From contig CAWGAF010000002.1 in NCBI GenBank assembly GCA_963820495.1, positions 737,375 to 801,374 of the forward strand: a DNA stretch of 64,000 bases, given 5' to 3'. Positions 38,501 to 46,681 of the stretch are shown in pieces (position 1 is the stretch's first letter; the number at the start of each line of letters is the position of its first letter). This DNA is from an uncultured Chloroflexia bacterium. GTDB lineage: Bacteria > Chloroflexota > Dehalococcoidia > GIF9 > UBA5629. A program made the translations under genes and the position numbers. A model generated the notes under the pieces. The model did not search any database and was not told the origin of the DNA. It saw only the letters and a program-made list of their open reading frames with translations.

Positions 38501-39106
38501 ATGAGTAAAAAGGATATCTTGTTAAAAGAATATGAGATTTGTCAGCAAGAAGCTGATGCGAGTGCTGCTAACTACTGGACTTTTGCAGGTATATATGTAG
38601 GAATCAATACGGCACTATTAGGAGCTATTGCAGCAGGAATCGTTGCAAGTGATAAGGTCGATTCAAAGTTATTCTATCCGCCAGTTTGGCTCTTCGCTTG
38701 TGCCGTATTTGCTTTCCACTATTTTGTACTTGCTTGGCTTAAGAGAGTTACGCATCTTATTGGCTTTATTAACGCCAGGATGCGCATTATAGAAACCAAA
38801 CTAGGAATGAAAAAGGGTCGGTATATACATGGTCTAGATTATTGGGAGAAAACAAATATCCAATTGCGACGGGAGATTGCTACAACATGGGAAGACTTAT
38901 CCGAAGAGGAAATAAGCGATGTTGAGGAAGCTATAGAAAAGGGACTTAAAGATAAGATACCCAAGAAATATCAACCCAAAAAGATTGGGAGTAAAATAAT
39001 CCCCTTGTTTTTTTGGATAATACCTGCAGTTTGGATTTTAATAGTGTTAGGCACTGTTTATCTTTTCCTATCGAAGTTTGTTTTCACTTTTTTACCCCAA
39101 TGGTGA
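38501..39106 (+). CDS. Hypothetical membrane protein (helical N-terminus, two adjacent TM helices, charged cytoplasmic segment, C-terminal TM)
   Basis: ORF 38468..39106. I prefer the ATG at 38501 because 38471-38476 is TATAAT. TM segments are WTFAGIYVGINTALLGAIAAGIV, VWLFACAVFAFHYFVLAWL and IIPLFFWIIPAVWILIVLGTVYLFL. Confidence 0.6.
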   Translation: MSKKDILLKEYEICQQEADASAANYWTFAGIYVGINTALLGAIAAGIVASDKVDSKLFYPPVWLFACAVFAFHYFVLAWLKRVTHLIGFINARMRIIETKLGMKKGRYIHGLDYWEKTNIQLRREIATTWEDLSEEEISDVEEAIEKGLKDKIPKKYQPKKIGSKIIPLFFWIIPAVWILIVLGTVYLFLSKFVFTFLPQW

Positions 39107-39292
39107 TTTATAAAACTTCATACTATCCTGAAAAGTAACTGACCACGGACTAAATCCGAAATTTCATTCAATCACTCTCTAACCCCCCAGGGCTTTTATG
39201 GCAACATCACTTGGAGGACATACCCCCGTAGACTGACTAACAGGTATTCCCCTTGGCTATGGATGGGCGTATAATAACCTAAGGCTTGATTT

Positions 39293-40057
39293 ATGACGAG
39301 GGGTAGAGAGATGATTATGAGGCTGCTAGCTTTGTTGATTATTCCACTATTATGCATGGCTTCACTAGCATGTGACACATCACCAGATACAGCCGACTGG
39401 AAAACATATAGAAATAATGCTTTGGGATTTTTAGTTGATTACCCTAAAACATGGGAAATCAAAGAGGACTACCAGGATGACATCAAGTCATTAATGTTTT
39501 ACGAGCCATCAGGTTTAGGTGTATTTTTAATATATTATATGCCATTCGCATCTTCTGTTGAAGAAGAATTTGCCAAAGATGTCAAAGCGAAACAAAAGAC
39601 TTTTGTTGATTTTGAACTAAAAGGCATTAATTACAACATTGATTCTTGGGATTTGTATTACCAATATGAATTCAAATATAGAGACTCCGGTGTCGAGGTT
39701 TTGGGTGATTGTTATCATAAGTCAATGCCTAACTGCTACTACATGATTGATTGCTTTGGCTCAAAAAAGGCGTTTTATTCTTTGCCTTTTGAGAAAGTGA
39801 TATCGTCATTTTCACTCATTAACAAACTATCAACACCCCAAACCCCGAATGAGTCACAGCCAACATCATTTAAAACATATAAAAATAATTCGATGGGTTA
39901 TGCTATAGACTATCCCTCAGATTGGTCAGTAGACGAGAAAGAGGGTGAAAAGGGAATCTTACAGATTTGGCCCCCTGAACCTCTTATTGGTCATGTCGCG
40001 ATTTATACTAATGAGGATTGGAATGTTCCGATGCAAGTAATGACCCCACCCCCATAA
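39293..40057 (+). pseudogene. 5' fragment of a two-domain lipoprotein gene interrupted by an IS element (native sequence ends at 40040)
   Basis: Lipobox LCMASLAC. Repeated module WKTYRNNALGFLVDYPKTWE / FKTYKNNSMGYAIDYPSDWS. The last residues and the stop codon are supplied by the IS terminal repeat. Confidence 0.8.
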
Positions 40058-40116
40058 ACTAGGAAAGGTATAATTAGAGTCTTCCGGTGTTAAGAAGATA
40101 AAAAGGAGGACTTAAC

Positions 40117-40383
40117 ATGACCCGTAAAAGGTACACGGAAGAACAGATCATCAACGTTCTGAAGGAAGCAGAAGCTGGGGCAAAGGTGGGAGATCTCTGT
40201 CGCAGGTACGGTATGAGCAATGCCAGCTTCTACCACTGGAAAACTAAATACGCCGGACTGACCGTAAGCGAACTCAAGCGGCTGAAGGCGCTTGAAGATG
40301 AGAACAGACGCCTCAAGCAGATAGTGGCTGATCAGGCCCTGGATAACAGAGTTCTTAAGGAACTACTGTCAAAAAACTTTTAA
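40117..40383 (+). CDS. IS3-family transposase OrfA (HTH)
   Basis: MTRKRYTEEQIINVLKEAEAG..VGDLCRRYGMSNASFYHWKTKY plus a leucine zipper. Confidence 0.9.
   Translation: MTRKRYTEEQIINVLKEAEAGAKVGDLCRRYGMSNASFYHWKTKYAGLTVSELKRLKALEDENRRLKQIVADQALDNRVLKELLSKNF
40371..40377 (+). promoter_or_regulatory. Programmed -1 ribosomal frameshift slippery heptamer A AAA AAC
   Basis: Located at the end of orfA. orfB lies in the -1 frame (orfA frame 1, orfB frame 0). Confidence 0.65.
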
Positions 40384-41222
40384 TGCCCAGGGACAAACGC
40401 CAGGCAGCGAAATACACTGTGGAAAGCCTTGGGCAGAGTGCAAACAGAGCCTGCCGGCTAGTGAGTATCTGGAGAGCTACCTATGATTATAAGGCTGTTA
40501 AACGTGGAGGTGATTTACTCCGCTCGCGATTACGCGAGCTGGCAGAACAGAGAAGACGTTTTGGTTGTGCCAGATTGCATGCCATACTCAAAAGGGAAGG
40601 ACTGGTAGTCAATCACAAGAAAACCGAGCGGATCTACAGTGAAGAAGGCCTATCATTGAGATTAAAGAAACGCAAGAAAAAGGTAGCCATGATCAGAGTT
40701 ACGTTGCCAGAACCACAGCATGCTAACCAGCGTTGGTCCATGGATTTTGTTTCAGATAGTACCTGCACAGGACGCAGATTCAGAGCACTGGTCATCGTCG
40801 ATGATTTTTCCAGAGAATGCCCGGCAATCGAGGTTGATACCTCACTCGGAGGAGTGAGAGTAGTAAATGTGCTGCAGCGATTGGCGGAAACCAGAGGACT
40901 ACCTGAGGTGATTACCACAGATAACGGTCCAGAGTTCACTGGAAAGGCTGTGGACGAGTGGGCTTATAGGAATGGAGTGAAGCTCAACTTCATACGCCCT
41001 GGGAAGCCTGTGGAAAATGCCTATGCCGAGAGTTTTATCGGTAGGTTACGTGATGAGTGTTTGAACGAGAACTGGTTTGTCACTTTGAAAGATGCACGCG
41101 AGACTATCGAAGCCTGGAGAATAGACTACAACGAAAGCAGGCCGCATAGTTCGTTGCAATACTTAAGCCCAATGGAGTATGCTAAAAACGCTGAGAAAAC
41201 TCTAATTACTAGTTTCCTATAA
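40383..41222 (+). CDS. IS3-family transposase OrfB (DDE integrase core)
   Basis: ...WSMDFV..., TDNGPEF, and the YNESRPHSSL retroviral-integrase-type core. Confidence 0.9.
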   Translation: MPRDKRQAAKYTVESLGQSANRACRLVSIWRATYDYKAVKRGGDLLRSRLRELAEQRRRFGCARLHAILKREGLVVNHKKTERIYSEEGLSLRLKKRKKKVAMIRVTLPEPQHANQRWSMDFVSDSTCTGRRFRALVIVDDFSRECPAIEVDTSLGGVRVVNVLQRLAETRGLPEVITTDNGPEFTGKAVDEWAYRNGVKLNFIRPGKPVENAYAESFIGRLRDECLNENWFVTLKDARETIEAWRIDYNESRPHSSLQYLSPMEYAKNAEKTLITSFL

Positions 41223-41241
41223 AATGGGGTAGGGTCAGTAA

Positions 41242-41501
41242 CCGTACAGAATGATATTAAATTTATGTCGGAAAACTATAGTAACGTGGAGATTATTGAT
41301 AATAAAAGAATGTCAGGTGATTGGGATTGGTATATTTCGTATAATTACCGCGTTTCAGATTATACCACTAGTTTTATTCGAGAAACTTATATTCGCATTT
41401 ACAACTCAAACCTATATATAGTTACATTTGATGGTGAAAAAGAATATTATCCAAAATTCAACTTCGACAAAATAATCTCTACATTCAGATTCATTGAATA
41501 A
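41242..41501 (+). pseudogene. 3' fragment of the IS-interrupted lipoprotein gene
   Basis: Joining 40040 to 41242 restores one frame, ...NEDWNVPMQV-TVQNDIKFMSENYSNVEIIDNK...FNFDKIISTFRFIE. This parallels the end of domain 1 (FEKVISSFSLIN). Confidence 0.8.
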
Positions 41502-41750
41502 ACAGAGCGAATGTCGATATTATACTCAACTATTGACCTTCTTATAATGCTCCAGACAATCCTCAAAGGTGATACTTCTTGTTATATCTTAAAACTAAAC
41601 CTTTAATGCTTTTGTTGCTCAAGACGTTAAGCCGCAGGTGTGTTCTGTATAACTATTTACAGATTGATCCTAATTTCCCCAGGCGGTTGATATATTGTAG
41701 AATGTTCCTAATTCTTTAATCGATACAGGAGTAAAGAGGGAGGGAATAAA

Positions 41751-42122
41751 GTGAAGACATGGAAGCCAACAGTTGCTGGTATTCTGGCTATAGTCGCTGG
41801 TGCTGGAGGGGTTATTGTATGGACTCTGATCATTTTGGGCGTATTCATATTCCTTATTGCTTCTAGTACATCAGGAGGGATGAATCTGCCGATATTGCAC
41901 TCAAAATTGATACCGGTTTGGGTTGCCCTTTTGGCGATACCATTTATGGCGCTGTCGATTTTGGCTATCGTAGGTGGTGTTTTTGCTCTTCACAGGAGGA
42001 TTTGGGGATTAGCACTGGCGGGTTCGATTGGTGCGCTGTTTTGCTCAACAGTTCTTGGGGTCGTGGCAATTATATTTACAGTACTATCAAAGGACGAATT
42101 CGAGCAATCGAAGACTCAATAA
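41751..42122 (+). CDS. Small four-TM membrane protein, unknown function
   Basis: GTG start preceded by GAGGGAGGG. The hydrophobicity pattern fits four TM helices. Confidence 0.6.
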   Translation: MKTWKPTVAGILAIVAGAGGVIVWTLIILGVFIFLIASSTSGGMNLPILHSKLIPVWVALLAIPFMALSILAIVGGVFALHRRIWGLALAGSIGALFCSTVLGVVAIIFTVLSKDEFEQSKTQ

Positions 42123-42220
42123 AGTAAACAGACACTTTTTGGGTAATTCGCTCTTCTAAAGTTCTACAGACAGACTTCCTGGATGGGGTTTGGCTAACAC
42201 TTAATCTATCGCAGACTAGC

Positions 42221-42250
42221 TTGACACCTGTTAATAGCAGAAGTTATACT
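42221..42250 (+). promoter_or_regulatory. Candidate promoter for tRNA-Ile
   Basis: TTGACA (42221-42226), 18-nt spacer, TATACT (42245-42250). The tRNA starts at 42260. Confidence 0.5.
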
Positions 42251-42259
42251 TTTCGGCGC

Positions 42260-42336
42260 GGGCCATTAGCTCAGTTGGTTAGAGCACGGTCCTGATAAGA
42301 CCGGGGTCTGTGGTTCGAATCCACAATGGCCCACCA
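42260..42336 (+). tRNA. tRNA-Ile (anticodon GAU), stand-alone and not in an rRNA operon
   Basis: GGGCCAUUAGCUCAGUUGGUUAGAGCACGGUCCUGAUAAGACCGGGGUCUGUGGUUCGAAUCCACAAUGGCCCACCA. Confidence 0.92.
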
Positions 42337-42342
42337 TACTGC

Positions 42343-42370
42343 GTAGGAGACAAAACTCCTACTCTTTTCT
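42343..42370 (+). terminator. Terminator hairpin after tRNA-Ile
   Basis: gtaggag-acaaaa-ctcctac followed by tcttttct. Confidence 0.6.
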
Positions 42371-42371
42371 G

Positions 42372-42803
42372 CTAAAACTTAATCCTCGGTATCTGCTCTT
42401 CCTTCATGTTGTTAGCCATTGTCCAGAAGTAGGCTTCACCAGAATGTACGCGCATTACGGCTAGCAGTGGGTCATCTGGTCCCTTTATGCCCATTCCTGT
42501 TAAAAATGGCCTGTCGGTGAGGACCTTATTTTTGTGGGTGCTATCATTGATAAATTCAACTTTGCCAGTGACTCTCAGCACTGTTCCCAAGTCTGGACCT
42601 GGGTCATAAAAGCAAATCGCTACTTTATTATTTGCCTTCAGTTGTTTGCAGACTGACTTTGTAGACTCTGTCTGGAAATAGAAGCCTTTATCATCTGCAA
42701 ACCACATTTGAAGGACTCTGACATCAGGTTGATTACCTTGCGCAGTAGCAATGTGACAGACTGGGTGTTCATTAGCAAATTTGATACAATCCTGGAAATT
42801 CAT
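42372..42803 (-). CDS. Pyridoxamine 5'-phosphate oxidase-family (FMN-binding split-barrel) protein
   Basis: MNFQDCIKFANEHPVCHIATAQGNQPDVRVLQMWF...FYFQT... I prefer the internal ATG at 42803 over the non-ATG start at 42863. Confidence 0.65.
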   Translation of the reverse strand: MNFQDCIKFANEHPVCHIATAQGNQPDVRVLQMWFADDKGFYFQTESTKSVCKQLKANNKVAICFYDPGPDLGTVLRVTGKVEFINDSTHKNKVLTDRPFLTGMGIKGPDDPLLAVMRVHSGEAYFWTMANNMKEEQIPRIKF

Positions 42804-42863
42804 AGCTTGTTCCTTTCTAAGTATTAGTTGCGAAATTTTAATGCTTGATGTTACTGCTGTCAA

Positions 42864-42991
42864 CTCAGTGTAATTTAGAGATTAATGAAAAATATCCTGT
42901 TCAACCCCCTTTATCCCCCAGTCTTGGGGGATTTGGGAATCCGGGGGACTCCCCCAGACCCTCGGCCCCGACTCGTCGGGGCACCACTGAG
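42864..42991. other. GC-rich element with three consecutive G5/C5 hairpins, bracketed by a 7-bp inverted repeat
   Basis: CCCCCAgtctTGGGGG (42915-42930), GGGGGactCCCCC (42943-42955), CCCCGActcgTCGGGG (42966-42981), flanked by CTCAGTG (42864-42870) and CACTGAG (42985-42991). Confidence 0.5.
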
Positions 42992-43032
42992 CAATTCAGA
43001 GCGGTAGCTTAAACAGTTGAATCCATTCTCAG

Positions 43033-43779
43033 CTATAGTTCAAGCAGTTTTCTTTCTTCTGCCGATAGACTTTTCCTAAAGCTCTTGAGTTTTGTTTCGC
43101 CTTTCTTAGTTACAAAAGCTTTCCCATTCTGGATTTCGAGATAGCGCATGAGCTCAAGCTCTTCGACCAAACATTGAACTAGTATCGGTGATAGCGGAGG
43201 GGATATCTCGTCTCTTTGCTTTTTAGGAAATTCGTTCAATATCTTAGCTACATTTATTCCTGGTTTTGGTAAAACCTTGCTCAATATAGCCATCTGCCTT
43301 CTAAAAAAGGTTGTATCATAGCCTTTTTCAGATAAGTCAAATGCCTCGAGTTTCAAGACCACGGCGGTCCTAAAGTCTGGACAAATTACGGTAATATCTT
43401 TGGCGACAGTTCTTTCCTTATGCGGTGGCCACTTCCAAGCATTTGGAGGTAGCAGATGTGACATATGGTAAGGAGGATCAACGATTGTTTTCATGACGTT
43501 TCTAAATCCAATCCCATCATATTTTTTCTGGCTGGAATCACGCACGCAGAGAGAATCATACCAGAAGGGGAAATAATAGTAAGGCTCTACATACCTGGGC
43601 CCAGCGGCACGGAGTGCATCAACCTTTGGGGTGAGCAGAGGCCATATGCTGGCACACAATCTTCCGATATATTTTTCTCCATCCCAAATGATTTCGTCGC
43701 CGATTTTCTGCCCGAAGTGACAGGGATACTTGGTTTCGTCTCCCAGGAAAGCAATGACGGTTCCTTTAACTTGAAACAT
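43033..43779 (-). CDS. Hypothetical protein: TIGR04076-like Cys-containing N-terminal region with a large insert, fused to a C-terminal winged-helix-like domain
   Basis: KGTVIAFLGDETKYPCHFGQKIGDEIIWDG...GRLCASIWPLL...ITVICPD... recalls the TIGR04076 pattern. C-terminal ...LVEELELMRYLEIQNGKAFVTKKGE. Divergent from the Mo-enzyme operon. Confidence 0.4.
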   Translation of the reverse strand: MFQVKGTVIAFLGDETKYPCHFGQKIGDEIIWDGEKYIGRLCASIWPLLTPKVDALRAAGPRYVEPYYYFPFWYDSLCVRDSSQKKYDGIGFRNVMKTIVDPPYHMSHLLPPNAWKWPPHKERTVAKDITVICPDFRTAVVLKLEAFDLSEKGYDTTFFRRQMAILSKVLPKPGINVAKILNEFPKKQRDEISPPLSPILVQCLVEELELMRYLEIQNGKAFVTKKGETKLKSFRKSLSAEERKLLEL

Positions 43780-44166
43780 GTATAAATCCCTCCTTTATTA
43801 TTGATTGAAGCACTTTCGATGCTAAATCTAGAGACAGAAGTTTTATCTGCTATGTATATTGTAGTATAAATATCACAATATGAAACTACAAATCACTATT
43901 GACAACAATTAAATTTTACGGTAGACTTCGAAAAACTACATATATTATTATATCAAACAGCTTTATAGCATGTGATACCTGGTTATTAACTTGATTTTAG
44001 CTCTGTTGTTGCCCCGATTAAAGGATAAGATACAGTAATTATCGGGGGTGGTTAATAAAAATAGAAGGATAACAAAAGGGGAGGTATATGTGAAATTAAT
44101 AATGCGTTGTTTGAAGTAAGATTTGCTTATTTAGGTTCCAGTAAATGTGCAGGAAGGAGTTGATTT

Positions 44167-46677
44167 ATGGCGGAACAAGTTTTTATGAATGCTACAATTG
44201 TCGGCCCGGTTTTAGTATATGTAAAAGACGGCAAGATAGTCAGAATGCGACCATTGGTGGTTGACGAAGGTGATTTGAAGCCATGGACAATCGATGCCAA
44301 TGGCAAAAGGTACTCTCCTCCAGCGAAGCTTAAGGTCGGGTCTTGTGCTATGGCGGCTAGAACACAAATCTATACCGATGACAGGATCCTGTATCCGATG
44401 AAGAGAATCGGCTTTGACCCAAAAGGTGATAGGCATCCTGAAACAAGGGGCAAGGCTGGTTATGAGCGGATAAACTGGGACGAGGCGCTGGATATAATCA
44501 TTAGTGAGATGAAGAGAATCAGAGAGGCATATGGCCCATCAGCCATTGGCGCACTGGATCAAGACCATCATAATTGGGGCATTGTTGGATATAGATTCGG
44601 ACCGTATTTTAGATTCTTCAACACCATTGGATTTACCGAAGTCCTACACAACCCCGATAGCTGGGAAGGTTGGCATTGGGGTGCTCCCCATGCATACGGC
44701 TTCTGGTGGAGATTGGGTATGCCGGAACAGTTCGACCTTCTGGAAGAAACTTTGAAATATTCTGATATGATAGTTTATTGGGCGGTTGATCCTGATTATA
44801 TACGCGCAGCATATAACGGCCAGGAATCAGCAATCTGGTTCCAGTGGCTTAAGGATTCAGGCAAAAAACAAATATTTATTGATCCCTTTTGTAACTATAC
44901 TGCTTCAATCATAGCTGACAAATGGATAGCGCCGAGGCCGGGCACTGATGTTGCCCTGGCTTTGGGAATAGCCTATGTCTGGATAAAAGAGAACACGTAT
45001 GATAAGGACTATATTGCTAAGCGTACTATTGGGTTCGACGAATTTAAAGCGTATGTTCTAGGTAAAGAGGATGGAGTACCCAAGACACCGAAATGGGCTG
45101 AGGAGGTAAGTGGTGTTCCATCACGAGTCATAGAGGCTCTGGCCCAGGAATGGGCTTCGAAGAGAACCATGATTATGGGTGCTGGAATGGGGGGTGCCTG
45201 CAGGACAGCCTATGCGCATGAATGGGCAAGAATAGTGGTATTGCTTCAAGCGATGCAGGGGCTAGGCAAGCCCGGGGTTAATTTATGGGGTAATGCCGAT
45301 GGAGCTCCTGCCAATTATAATGTTTTCTTCCCGGCATACGCTGATCTCGATGGTATGATGAGTTTCAGCCGAGCAGCCAAGAAAAAGGCTATTAATCCCG
45401 TTGAGCAGCGTCTATACAGGTTACTTCTGGCTGATTCCATCTTGAACCCGCCGGTTAAGTGGATGGGTGAAGGATTCTGCGGGCAGCAGTTGGAACAGCA
45501 ATTTAAGAAGTTTGTTTATCCTATGCCGGGATGCTCGGAAATAAAGATGTTTTACCGCTATGGTGGTGCTTCCATGGGAACTATGACCGAGGGGAACAAG
45601 ATAGCGAAAATGTACCAGAGCCCCAAGCTCGATTTTGTGGTTAATCAGGACTGTTGGTGGTGTACTGAAACTAAGTTTGCTGATATTGTTTTGCCGGCAT
45701 GCACCAATCTGGAGCGCAATGATATAGCGGAATTTGGGGAGGCTGGTGGATATCTCAAGTGGGGTGTCACTGGCTCTAATTACCGAGTCATCGTATATCA
45801 GAGGAAGTGCATTGAGCGACTGGGAGAGTCTAAATCAGATTACTGGATTTTTTCTCAACTGGCAAAGGGGTTGGGAGTTTGGGAAGACTTTTCCGATGGA
45901 GGTAAGTCAGAAGATGACTGGATTAAGGCTTACTTCGAAATATCTGACCTGCCAAAGTATATTTCCTGGGAAGAGTTCGAGAAGAAGGGTTACTATGTGG
46001 TGCCTCTTCCAGAACCCTATGAGTTTAAGCCTGCTTTTCGCTGGTATTACGAGGGTAGAACATGCGATACTTTTGATACGCTTAACCCCAAGTTGGGCAC
46101 TGATAAAGCTCATGAGCTGGGCACCTACAGCGGCAAAATAGAATTCGCCTCTGAAGACCTTAAGCAACACACCCCTGATGATAAGGAAAGGCCACCGGTT
46201 CCTCACTACATTCCAAGCTGGGAAGGGCATAGTTCTGAACTTGCCAAGAAATATCCTCTGCAAATGATATCGCCGCATCCCAGATATTCTTTCCATAGCC
46301 ATTTTGACAAAGAGGGTTCCTGGGTTAATGATATTCCTGCTCACCGCCAACTTAAAAATGGGTATTACTATTGGTCGGTGCGCATCCATCCACAAGATGC
46401 TGAAGCACGAGGTATTAAAGAAGGAGATGTCGTCAGGCTTTACAATGACCGCGGGGTAGTCCTTGGGGCCGCACTGGTTACGGAACGTATAAGACCTGGA
46501 GTAATTCACAGCTACTGCTCCAGCGGGAAATATGATCCTGCGGAGCCGGGTAAGCCCTATACTATGGATAGAGGTGGTTGTGTGAACCTGCTCACTTCTG
46601 ACCGGCTCATGTCTAAGAATGTGCCGGGTATGGCACCAAATTCATGTCTCATCGAAATTGAAAAGTGGGAGGCATAA
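44167..46677 (+). CDS. Pyrogallol-phloroglucinol transhydroxylase-like bis-MGD molybdoenzyme, large subunit (alpha1)
   Basis: 836 aa. No N-terminal Fe-S Cys motif and no Tat signal. ...VYVKDGKIVRMRP..., HHNWG and NPDSWEGWHWG match my recollection of P. acidigallici AthL. Confidence 0.75.
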   Translation: MAEQVFMNATIVGPVLVYVKDGKIVRMRPLVVDEGDLKPWTIDANGKRYSPPAKLKVGSCAMAARTQIYTDDRILYPMKRIGFDPKGDRHPETRGKAGYERINWDEALDIIISEMKRIREAYGPSAIGALDQDHHNWGIVGYRFGPYFRFFNTIGFTEVLHNPDSWEGWHWGAPHAYGFWWRLGMPEQFDLLEETLKYSDMIVYWAVDPDYIRAAYNGQESAIWFQWLKDSGKKQIFIDPFCNYTASIIADKWIAPRPGTDVALALGIAYVWIKENTYDKDYIAKRTIGFDEFKAYVLGKEDGVPKTPKWAEEVSGVPSRVIEALAQEWASKRTMIMGAGMGGACRTAYAHEWARIVVLLQAMQGLGKPGVNLWGNADGAPANYNVFFPAYADLDGMMSFSRAAKKKAINPVEQRLYRLLLADSILNPPVKWMGEGFCGQQLEQQFKKFVYPMPGCSEIKMFYRYGGASMGTMTEGNKIAKMYQSPKLDFVVNQDCWWCTETKFADIVLPACTNLERNDIAEFGEAGGYLKWGVTGSNYRVIVYQRKCIERLGESKSDYWIFSQLAKGLGVWEDFSDGGKSEDDWIKAYFEISDLPKYISWEEFEKKGYYVVPLPEPYEFKPAFRWYYEGRTCDTFDTLNPKLGTDKAHELGTYSGKIEFASEDLKQHTPDDKERPPVPHYIPSWEGHSSELAKKYPLQMISPHPRYSFHSHFDKEGSWVNDIPAHRQLKNGYYYWSVRIHPQDAEARGIKEGDVVRLYNDRGVVLGAALVTERIRPGVIHSYCSSGKYDPAEPGKPYTMDRGGCVNLLTSDRLMSKNVPGMAPNSCLIEIEKWEA

Positions 46678-46681
46678 TCAA

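Larger units (their letters stand above)
40041..41237 (+). mobile_element. IS3-family (IS407-group-like) insertion sequence, 1197 bp, with a 4-bp target-site duplication
   Basis: Imperfect terminal inverted repeats TGACCCCACCCC... and ...GGGGTAGGGTCA (TG...CA ends). GTAA is duplicated at 40037-40040 and 41238-41241. Contains orfA and orfB in the -1 frame relationship. Confidence 0.9.

Noticed and set aside
42897-42925. Possible repeat of the ssrA 3' end (TTCAACCC...) as a distant att site
   Set aside because: Only about 10 nt match the tmRNA terminus and the rest diverges. There is no integrase, and the 12-kb interval contains core tRNA and riboswitch loci.
45907-46509. 200-aa minus-strand ORF
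   Set aside because: It lies antisense inside the alpha1 Mo-subunit gene and shows no recognisable motifs.
46619-46681. Longer beta1 start from the ORF track
   Set aside because: It overlaps the alpha1 C-terminus. The paralog beta2 and the family consensus both begin MARYG..., so I use 46682.
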